Source: Sphyrna mokarran (Eukaryota). Taken from it: 64,000 nt of DNA. This document shows positions 37,801 to 49,800 of the stretch, in pieces (the first letter of the stretch is position 1; every line of letters starts with the position of its first letter). The position numbers and the translations under genes were made by a program. The notes beneath the pieces are model-generated. The model was not told the origin of the DNA. It did no database searches and worked only from the letters and a program-made list of their open reading frames with translations. Location of the stretch: the NCBI GenBank assembly GCA_024679065.1, contig JAGIQG010000009.1, positions 90,396,001 through 90,460,000 of the forward strand, written 5' to 3'.

Positions 37801-40800
37801 GACATGTACTTTGTTTTAAAGTCAGTTTCTCTACAAAGGTGCTGCTCAAAGTGTTTATATTTATAACCAATAGCAACATGAGGGACCAGCTGACCTAGCA
37901 TATATAGAAAACAGATGGGGATTGTGGGGATGCTTTGGCCCATGGGTGTGGCCTGAGTGTTGGTGTAATGGCATTTCTTTATTAAATTGTTATTTGTTCA
38001 CTGAAGTTAGTTCACTTTAATGCAAAGAACTTTTATTGCTCCCTACTGAAGTATCAATAGTACCAGATGAACAGTTTAATGAATTTTGGATTGGGACAAA
38101 TGAAGGTTAGGGAGTAATGTGAAATAGGAAATTGGTAACAGCTTTAAAGAGAACTAGAGGATCTTAAGTTTTGGTAGTCATAGCATGAATACTGAAAATT
38201 GATAATGCTTCCTGTAAAAAAAATTGAGGCAATCTGTAGGTGGAGGCAATTCCTATAATGTATAGTGGCCAAGGGTCATTTCATCCCAGAAACATTTTCA
38301 CTTAAACTTCTTAGAATTACAAGCTTTATATTAATCACCATCCATAGGCTGAAAGAAAAAGGGTACAAAACTAATTGGAGTAGTGTACAGATTACCCCAA
38401 TCTGGGCTAACATTATCACCAAGACAAAAAAGTGAAGGCAGAGAAAATAAATGGTACTGCATTAGTCAATTAAAACTGAAGAGTAAAAACTGCACTGTTT
38501 ACAGATGTCCTGATTCTCCACATTCTGTCTGAACTTTTCCTCAAGGATCAACATCTAGCCAGGGATGGAAGCCCCTGAACCAAAGCAAGAGACTGACTAG
38601 ATGAAATTTGGCAATTTCACTGAAAGTTATATAACTATGATGTGACTACATCTAAGTAGTTAATGCAAATGAACACAACTGGTTAAAACCTATTTCTACC
38701 ATGTTTGTGCTCAAATGACCACAATTGTTATTCAAGTCTTCACAGGAAGATACAATTCTGAGGCCCAAGTGATTTCCACAAAGTAAACTGGGCAGTGAGG
38801 GATCAATAAACTATTTCACCCTCAACTTGGGGGACTGTTGGTAGTTTTCATGTGATCATTTTGCAGTTTGGTTAGTTTTTATTAAAATAGCTTTCACTAA
38901 ATTTAGCAGAAAATACTCAAGAAACTAATGATTCAATGTTACTGGAAACAAGTCAGATAAGTCAAGTAAATAACTTAATTGTGAAAATTAAAGAATAAGC
39001 AATTCATTACAACCTGTTTAGAAAACCTGGAAGTGTTACTTGGAATACAAGTGTTCATAATTAAACTTGACTAATACAGATTCTGAAAGTGCTGAGAATA
39101 AGATTATAGCCTGAGAAGGACAAAGAACCTGTGTTAACCTTAGAGGGGATGAATAGCTTTGAGGGGACCTCAACTCAGGATGACAGGCAGCCAATTATTG
39201 GCTGCAACTCAAGAACCTCTGCAGCAGGCCATTTAGTCCAAATCTGTACCAACCCTCAGAATATCTTCTTCAGGCCTACCCATAGTCCCACACATTTGGC
39301 TAATCCTCAACTAGATGTTTTAGAACAATGAGGGGCAATTTAGTATAGCTAACCCACTCAACCTGCACATCTTTGCATTAAGCAGCAACCCATGGAGAAA
39401 ATGCAAATTCCAGACAGACAAGGCTGGAATTGAACCCAGGTCCCTGGTGCTTGAGGTAGCAGTGCTAATCACTGCCACTATGCCAGTCAAACTTCTATCA
39501 CCCAAGCTATGTCTCAGTCTACTTCATGATAAAGTCTTTAAACCAAGAATGCACACAAGATAAAACCTGATTTTTATTCCATTGACAGGTTATAGGATTG
39601 AAGCCATTTTTTGTAATAAATGGGCAGAGAGAGTGTGATGTAGAGAGATGTAAAGATAAAGGTGAGCAGTGATGGGATGTTAGGAACAGAGGAAGAGGGG
39701 GACAGAGAAGAGGTGGTGGGAAGAGTGATGTTTACAGAATTATGAGCTGTTTTCAATGTTGTAAATTTAGAACACTGGGAAGCATGGTGAGAAGTGTGTT
39801 TAATTGTTAAAGCTTTTAGGTTGTTACTGCTAATTGACAATTACCTTTTTAATGGTAAATAAATGATGAATTCAAAATTTAAAGTGTTTTGTTATGCAGT
39901 TATGTCTCCCAAATCTGATTGGATTTATGATTGGTTGGGTTAATGTAAACAAGTGAACCCCATAAATCGAGATAACTGAAAACTAACTTTCACTAACATT
40001 TAAAGAGCTTAGGACATTCTGAATCCAATTCAGAATCAGTGCAGGAGACTCACTGTCTAAACTGCTGTATCTGAGCTGGGCAATTATGATAAAAATGTTA
40101 TAATTGTTAGAACTAATTCTTCATTTGAAGAATCCACATGAACAGACCTGAAAAAGTTTTTGCTGGAATACTTACGTGGGCCATGATTGCTGGAATCCAG
40201 GATGGCTGAAAGAAAAACAAATATGGTTAGTTCAGAGTCATAAGGTTGTGGTTTACACCAGGATGAGCAGAGGTTAATGCATGATGAAAAGCAGGGCAAT
40301 CATTCCTTGGTTTTGACCAATATTTAACCATCATTGGGATTGTTTGTATTTAGAAACTTTGTCCTGTTTCCTATATTACAGCTTCATAGTCAGGTTTACA
40401 GCACAAACAGACCCTTTGGCCCAATTTATCCATGCTGCCCCTTTTCAAACCCCTCAACTAATCCCAACTGCCTGCATTTGCCCATATCCCCCTAGACAAT
40501 TAGATGGGCATAAACACTAAAAGACAAAATTGTACTCCCCTTTACTATTACCTCTGGCAGCTTGTTCCTGATAAGTATCTCTTCTTTCACCTTAAAGCTA
40601 GGCCCTCTAGTTTTAAAACTCTTCTACTCTTGGGGAAAGACACTAACTGATCTATGTCCCAATTTATAGCCCTCTATCACATCACCAAGCCTCCAAAGTG
40701 CCAGAGTAAGAGTCTCAGTCTATCCAGCTTCTCCTTATAACTCAAAGCATCAAGTCCTGGTAGCATTCTAAATCTTTTCTGCTCTATAATAGGGTGACCA

Positions 40801-43800
40801 GAACTGTACACAGTATTCCAAGCATGGCCTTACCAATGTTTGGTAAAAGTTCAACAAGTCCCAACTCCTGATCAATGAAACCAAGCCAAATGCCTTCTTC
40901 ACTATCCACTTGTGATTCCACTTAAGGAGCTGAGCCTGTACTGAAATTGGTTCTAACTCAGATGCCCTATCATTGAGTAAATCCTGCCCTAGTTTAAGCA
41001 ACCAAAATGCATCATCTTGCATTTATCTAAATTAAACTCCATCAGCCATTTGTCAGCCCACTGGCCCAACCAAGATCCCACTGCAATCCTAGGTATTCTT
41101 TACCATCCACTATGCCACCAATTTTGGTGGCATCTCCAAACTTACTAACATGCCTCCTAAACTCATCCAAATCATTAATATAAAATGAGTGGACTTGAGG
41201 CACACCATTGATAAGTGTCCAATTTGAAAAACAATCCTCTATAGTCACCCTCTGGCTTCTGTTATCAAGCCAATTTTTCTTCATTTGGCTACCTCACCCT
41301 GCATCCCATGGAGATTTAATCTTATGCAATACCTACCATGACCAATTGCACTTTGTCAAAGGCCTTGCTACAAGTCTATGTAGCCATCAACTGAACTGTC
41401 CTCATCTACCTTCTTGGTTACCCCTTCAAAAAAGCTCAAATTGAGCTATGATTTTTTTTCAGTCAAAAACCATGCTGACTGTCCCAATTGGTCCTTGCAT
41501 CTCAATGGCTGTAGATCTGGTCTCAAAATACTTTAACTATAGGTCTGAGGCTCAAGCCTGTAGTCCCCAGGCTTTTCCCTGCAGCCCTTACTGGCACATT
41601 TGCCACCCTCTAATCTTCAAGCTCCTCATGTGACTATGATTCAAATATCTCTGCAAGGGGACCAGCAATTTCCTACCTAGCCTCCTATAATGTTCTGGGA
41701 TACACATCCTCAGATGCTGGGGATTTATCTACCTTGATGTGCTTCAAGACTTCCAGTACCTCCTGTCACATGTACACTCCTCAAGCCACTATTTCCCCCA
41801 ACATCCATTCTTTAGTGAATATGGATGAAAAATTCATTTAGGATGCCACCAATCCCTTGTGGATCCACACAACCTTGTTGATCCTTGAGATCCTATTCTT
41901 TTCCCCTTTATGTATTTGTAGCTTTGGCTGAAAAATGCTTTGAGACCATAGGTATATTTAGAAAATTCTAAGTGCAAATTTAGATCAAACTTGGAACAAA
42001 TATTATCCAGAGATTGTTTGCAGCAAGCAGGGCTCCTCAGTTTTCAATCAGAAAAGGTTAGCCAAACAAGTGCTCATTTTTTCACTAAAGGTTAGTTGAA
42101 ACTAGGGTTATTCCACTATTACTCTAATGTTTAGCTAGATTCCAAGTAGCTTCTCAAACAACTGAATGAACAAGACTTCTCAAATTACTGTAGCAAACCA
42201 AAATAAATTGGCAATTTAAAATTAAATTTATATTTGTCCAATAATGCTTTAAGTTTAATTGTTATGGCTATAGAAAGATTTGGGAAAGACTACAAGCACT
42301 TCTCCCAGAAGCAGATGGAACCATTCCCACTACTGAAAGGATCAAGAACTAAAGGTCACAAGTTTAAAGTCATTGGCAATAGCAAAATAGTGGAGAAAAA
42401 TTAGTGTATTAATTGTATGATTAATTGTAGTGCACCAAGTGTTGAAGACAGATTTAATTATATTCAAAAGGGAATTAGTTTAAAAAACTAGATTGGTGCT
42501 TGATGGCTATTGCAACATGGTTCAAGGGCTGTGCTGTAGTAGGACAGGAAGGCTGGAGAAATGAATTTTCAGAACACTAATATATACGCAAGTTGAATGA
42601 TCTTCTGCACCTTAAGATTCTGTAAATAGATATTAAGTCACAGCCCTGATGTTGATGCAGTTACTTCATTCAAACCTAATGTTTCTCAGACAGTACTCAG
42701 CTTGTCTTCATTAGGAGCATCACTTGCTACTTTAGTGCCTTAAACCCAAAATTTAGTTCTAGTGGTGTTCAGCACAGTCAAATTCACTGAGCAGCATTAT
42801 TTCTCTGCTCCCCACCAGACTGAAATCCAATACACAATGCCATATTGAATTCAGGGTCTCATTTCCTGGGGGGGGCACTTAATCAGCTCAGCACTTTAGT
42901 TCTGTACTCAATTTTGCATTTCAGATGCTGGCAGAACCTGTAACAATTGTTTGTCTGCAATATTTAGTGTAGCTCAACTTCATTAGAAATGTAATCTTAA
43001 ATCTATGCATTCAATATATGTGCCTAGTTGTGCAGGAGTAATCTGGATTACATAGTCCTTTAGGAGCTGAATTAGGAAGTGTGTGATTCCAACTATAGTC
43101 AGAAAATCCTTCTGAAGGTATTCCCTGCTTTGCCTTCTATAAAAGTTTCTAGCAAAATTGCTGTGGTTTGGGCAATTTTTCTCCACATTGCACCAAGACT
43201 CAAACTAGTTGACTTCCAATACAAGGATTGTTACCAGAAGCATGGCTACCATGTCAACTGTAGGTTTAACCAAGGTCTGAAGATAGGAAGGCTTAATTTG
43301 GGTGTTGCCAGCCACTGATTTTTCTTCTGTAGAACATTCTGAGAACAGAGTCACATCCTGAGGGTAGGGGTTGTGACCCAACTGAATAGAATCTTACCTT
43401 TAGCATTCCTCAGCTTCATAATCACTCCAGCCAGCAGGATGATCAGACCAATTCCAAATCCCACAGCTCCAACAATGATCTTGTGTTTCTCTGATTCAGT
43501 TGTGCCTCCCACTTCTGTACATGTAAAACAATCCAGGTGTTAGAACAGTGCTGCTCTATTGAACTAGAGAACCTACAACTACATTACCAGGAAGCTGGAT
43601 TCAATTTTAACCTCCTTGTTCAAACTGAAACACATTCAAGCAAAGGGAAGGGAAGTGGATAGGCTGCAGAGTGCTTTACTAATTGCTTGCCAGAGTCAAA
43701 GTAGAAAACCAGGAATGGATGAAATGCTGACTGCAATAGAATTTCAACATTCCTACACAGCTCCAGCAGTTGTCTGAATCCCAAAAAGGTATAACAGACC

Positions 43801-46800
43801 ATAAGACAGAGCAGAATTAGGCCACTCAGCCCATTGAATCTGCTGTGCCATTTAATTATGGTTGATTTTTTAATCTCCATTCTCCTGCCTTTTCCCTACA
43901 AACTCCTGATCCCCTAATGAAGGGCCTACTTCTATCTTAAAGACACTCAATGACAGCCTTGTAGCAAGAGTTCAAGATTCCCCACTGGCTGAAAAAAGTC
44001 CTCCTTATCTGTTTTTAAAGAGTCATTCCTTTACTCTGGGATTGTGCCCTCTTGTTCTAGTTTTTCCCACTAATGGGAACATTCTCTCCATGTCCACTAA
44101 CTAGGCCTTGCAGTTTCCTACAAGTTTCAAGATCCCTCCTCATCCTTCTAAACTCCAACAAATACAGACTGAGTCCTCAACCATTCCTCATACAAGCTTT
44201 TCATTCCAGGAATCACTTGTGAATCTCCTCTGGACTGTTTAAGACCAGCACATCCTTTAAATATGGGACCCAAAACTGCTCATAATACTCAGGTTCTGAT
44301 CAGACCCTTATACAGTCTCAGAAGTACATCTGTGCATTCTAGCAATCTCACCACAAATGCTAACATTGCATTTGTCTTCCTAATTGCTAACTGAACCAGC
44401 ATGATAACTTTGGTAGCCTTGAATAATGACTCCAAAGTCTGTTTGATCTAAGCATTTTTCCCTTTTAGGGAAAGGTCAATGCCTCCATTCCTCCTTCCAA
44501 AGTACATAACCCCTCTTTTCCACATTGTATTCCATCTGCCACTACTTTGCCCACTAACTTGTCCAAGCCCTTCTGCAGCCCCTTGCTTCCTCAATACTAT
44601 CTGTCCTCTACATATCTTTTATCAGCAAACTTAGCAACAGTGCCTTCTTCCAAATTGAGAATGTATATTTGGAAAAGATGTGGTCCCAGCACTGGCCTGA
44701 GGCACACTAGTCACCTGCTGTCATCCTGAAAAAGACCCCTTTATCACCACTGAATTCTGTCACCCAATCCTCTTCATGCCAGGATTTTAGCCTTAACACC
44801 ATGGGCACTTAAGTCTCAAAGAATAAAGAACAAAACAGTACAGAACAGGCCCTTTGGCCCAACAAGCCCATGCAGCCACCTTGATGTTCCCACTTCTACC
44901 CATGATCCCTGTCTACGTTTAGAGATCTATGGATTGAAACCAAATTGAGACAATTTAGGGAGAATTTGTTCTGCCAACTAGCCTAAGAGCACATCTTTGG
45001 GATGTGGGAGGAAACCTGAGCACTTGGGAAAACCCACAAGCATGGGGAGAATGCACAAACTCCCACAGACAGGCACAGCAATAGTCACTGAGCTGTTGTG
45101 TTGCCCATCAAATGGTCCAGGTCAAGCATACACTAAATGCAAAGCACTAGGATACTCAAAAAATCCAAGAGCAGCCTCCCACAACCCATCACATGTATGC
45201 CCCTTGTTAGGCAACAAAGCAAACCAAAGTACCTGCAAGATAAAAACCATTACATCAATATCAAAAACATTTACACTTCCCACAGACTCCCAAGGCTCAT
45301 GATCCCTATTTTAAATCAGTTTTCTATATCCCTCCATTCCCTTTCTATTCACATGTCCAATTAAGTATTTCTTAAATAACTCTAGTACCTGCCTCCACCA
45401 CTTTACTTGGTAGCACATTCCATACCCCACCACCCTCTGAAAAAAATTCCCTCTAGCATCCAAATTATACCTTAACCCCCTCACCCTAAGCCTGTGACCC
45501 CTCATGATTTGAGTCCATCCTAGGAAGAAGCTTAACCCTGTTTACTCTATCTATACCCCTCAATTTGGTACACCTCTATTAGATCTCCTCTAAGTCTACA
45601 TCTTTCTAAGGAAACAGCCCCAATTTGCCCAACCTCTCCTTGTAACTCAGACCTTCCATACCAGCAGTGTCCTGATAAACCTCCTCTGCACTCTCTCCAG
45701 AGTCTCCACATCCTTCCGGTAGTAGGGCAACTAGAACTGGACGCAGTATTCCAAATGAGGTCTAACCAACGTTTTATACAACTGCAACATTAAAGGCCAG
45801 CTCTTGTACTCCATACCCCTTCCTATAAAGGCTAACATACTATGCTTTCTTCACAACCTTCACTTGCTCTGCTACCTTCAGAGTCTTATGCACCTGTGTC
45901 CCCAGGTCCGTTTCTATACCCCTAATAGGTCTACCCTTCATCATATACCTCCCCCTACATTCTCCCAAAATGCATCACCTTGCATTTATCAGGATTGAAT
46001 TCTATCTGCCATTTGCCCAAGCTACCAGCCTATGTCCTGCTGCATCGCCTGACAATGCTCCTCACTGTCCACAAGTCCAGCCATCTTTGTATTGTCTGCA
46101 AACTTGATCACTCCACTTACTTCCTCTTCCAAGGAATTTATGTATATTACAAATAGAAGAGGTCCCAGCACCAAGCCCTGCAGCACACCACTAGTGACCA
46201 ACCTCCAGCACCAGAAAAACACCCTTCCACTATTTGTCTCCTATTACCAAGCCAGTTACTTATCCATCTAGCTACCTGTCCTCGTATCCCATTAGTCTTG
46301 ACCTTTTCAACTAACTGAGGGGACTTTGTCAAACTCCTTACTGAAATCCATATAGACAACATCAATGGCTCACCCTTCCACTATTTGTTACCTCAAAAAA
46401 TTCTACAGATTCATAAGGCACAACCTCCCCTTAAAGCCATGCTGTGTATCCCTAATCAGATTGCAATGCTTTCAGTGCCTATACATCTTACCTCTAAGAA
46501 TCCCCTCCAACAGCTTCCCTACCACTGACATCAAACTCACCAGCCTATAATTTCCAAGGTTATCCTACTACCCTTTAAAAAGGTAAAACATTAGCTATTC
46601 CAGTCCTGTGTCCAAAGAGACAGATTTGCATCAGAGACCTAGCAATTTCACCTCACCTCCCTAAGCAGCCTGGAATAAATGCCATCAGGCCCAGGAGATT
46701 TATCAGTTTTAATGCTACCTAGAAGCTCTAACACTTCCTCCCTCAGTATGGATATTTCCCTCAACTGGTCCACAGCTCCCTGAGACAGGAGCTGTCAACA

Positions 46801-49800
46801 AGCCCCTCTCCTTCGTGAATACCGACGCAAAGTATTCATTCAGGATCTCTGCCATTTGCTCGGGCTCTAAGCACAGTTCTCTCCTGTCCCTAAGAGGTCT
46901 GATTTTCCCTCCAATCACCCTTTTATTCCTAACATAGGATTAAGGAAAATCCAAAGGCTTTTACTCCTATAAAACCATTTCATACCCCTTTTTTGCCCTT
47001 CTAAGTCTGTTTGAGCTCCCTCCTACTCTATATTCCAACACTGTTCCCAGCTGCTTTGACCTAACATACACCTCTTTTCTTCATAAAGTCCTCAATATCC
47101 CTACTAATCCACAGCTCTCTAATCTTACCTTTCCCATCTTTCCTCTTAGCCAGCACATCTTTCTTGCATCATTTTCAATATTTCCTGAAAGACTCCCACA
47201 TGCCTAGTGTGGACTTAGGCTTGAACAACTGTTTCCAGTTTCCATAAGCTTCTGCCTAATCTGACTGTCGTTAGCCTTTCCCCAATTCAGCACCCTGCCC
47301 CCAGGGCAACAAGCATCCTTTTCCACCTGTATCCTAAAGTAGACAGAATTGTCTCCTGATGTGGCACCTTGAAAAAAGACCTTCTGGAAATCTAAATCAA
47401 TCATGTCCACTGGCTCCTTTATTTAACTTCCTTGTTCCTCAATAGAGTTGAGGGAGTGCAGAGAAGCTTCACAAGGATGTTGCTGGGACTTGAAGCTGAG
47501 TTAGAAAGATTGAATAGGTTAGGACTTTATTCCCTGGAGTGTAAAATGAGAGATTTGATAGATGTGTATAAGATTGATGGTTATAAAGTGAAAACAAGCA
47601 GGCTTTTTCCCACTGAGGAAAGAGGAGAAAAACACTAGAGGACATGAGTTAAAGGTGAAAGGAGAAAAGTGCAGGTCAGTGGGACTAGGCAAAAATGGTT
47701 TAGCACAGACAAGCCAAAAGGCCTGTTTGAGCTGTAATGTTCTATTGTTACCTCAAAGAACTAAGTGTATCAGACATACGTCCCCTTGACAAAGCTGTGC
47801 TTACTCTGTCCTACTTTAATCATGCACTTCCAAGTAGTCTGCAATCTCATTTTTAATAGATACTAAAATCTTGCCAATGATTGAAATCAGGCCAACTGGC
47901 CTATAATTTTCCATCTGCTGCCTCCTTTCCTTAAAGGAAGAATGTTATATTCACCATGTTTCAGTCCTCTGGTACCCTCCCTACATCCTGTGATCCCTGA
48001 AAGATCAAAGCCTCTGCAATTTCCTCAGCTACCTTAGTATTCTGGTGTATAGTCCATCCAGTCTAGGTGATTTATCCACCTTTGTTTTCCTAGGATCTTC
48101 TCCTAAGTGATGCCAATACAATTATCTCTGCCTCCTGATTCTCCTGGAGTTCTGGCATCCCACTGGTGTCTCCCATTGTGGAAGACTCATGCAAAGTAGC
48201 TAATTAGATCCTTGCCATTGCTTTGTTTCCTGTTATTTCTCCAGCCTCATTTTCCAGTGGTCCAATGACTGTCTCTTATAGAAGTCTTATTTATATTACT
48301 AGCTTGCTTACTCATTTAGTCTTCTCCCTCTTTACTGCTTTTAGTTGTCCTCTGCTCACTTCAGTAATCCTTGCCTCTACTTTCAGTCTTTGACTCCCCT
48401 CAGCCATGGATGCCTTGTTCTTAGGAATTAATTTCTGTTGTGCCTCCCAAATAAACTCCTGCCATTGCTGTTCCATTGGCAAGGGAGCCTAGTAAAGGCA
48501 ATCAATTCTGGCCAGCTCCTCCCTCATGTCTTTGTGGTCACCTTTAATTGTAACATTAAATCCAATTCCAGCTTCTCTCTCAAACTGCACAGTAAATTCT
48601 ATCATTGTGGTCACTGCTCCAAGGGTTCCTTCATCTTAAGTTCCCTAATCAAGCCTGCCTCATTACAGATCACCAATGCCTGTTCCTCACTGGCTGGGAC
48701 AAGCTGCTCCCAAAAACCCATCTTAGATATTCCAAATTTCTTTTCTTGGGATCCATTACTACCTGATTTCCCAGTCCACCTGCATATTAAAGTCCCATGA
48801 TTATTGTAGTATGGCTTTTATATGCTTTTTCTATTTCCTGACTTTTCTGCCCCACATCCCAATTACTGCTAGGAGGCCTGTACACAACTTGGAGTTTTTA
48901 ACCTTGTGATTCTTCAACTTTACCTAGAGATTCTGTCTTCTGATCCCATATCACTTCTTGCTATCAATTTAACTTCATTCCTTACTAAGGAGGCAACCCT
49001 GCTCTGTTTGCCCATCAGTCTGTCCTTCCATAGGATAGATTCTTGGATATTTAGATTCCATCCCCGAGCCCCTTGCAGCCACCTGTAATGCCCATACCAC
49101 CCTAGTCAATTTGTACACAAGCTCATTTACCTTTTTCTGTATACATTTAGACAGTCCTGCACTGACCTTCTCATACCAATCTTTTTTGCTCTTTGATTCC
49201 TGCCATCTTCTGTGTTCTGTTCTATTGTCATGAGGTGTACAAATTGTTTAAACAAGTGCCTATCCCAGCCAAGTGAAAGAGGTCATTGAAAGTGAAAGTT
49301 AAGGGGAAATGTCAGCTTTCAGATTAAGCAACACAAGCATGAGTTGAGGGTAGTCACATGACTATCAAGCTATGGAATGACCAAGTTATACCAAGTTTAA
49401 GCTGATAATCTCTAGATCAGAAGTTTCAACTGGTGTGCTGTGAAGGCCCTAGAAGTGTGCCACAAATAGGATTAAAGTGGACATTTCAGTGTAAAGATAC
49501 ATCTAATCTTTGTTTCAGCTCTGGTTGGCATCTCAAAGTCCTGACTACATTAGCTGGGAATGTGCCACATGGTTTGGACTGGACTTAACTGAGAATATAT
49601 AATTGAGACCCTTTCCCAGCCAGTGCATCAATGGTTTGGATTACCAATTTAAAACATTCTGAACATGTTGTATGTAGCCTTTGCTGGCTGACATGCACAG
49701 GAGATCCCAGGTTTTGGAAATGTTGAATAGAGTTGAAAATAAAGTCCCTGTGCAAAAAAGCAGAAAGCAGGCACAGAAGCCTGGAGAGGTTGAATTTTCA

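Noticed and set aside
39915-39936. Two Y-box-like motifs (CTGATTGG, ATGATTGG) in intron 5
   Set aside because: No recognisable X1 box upstream at the expected spacing
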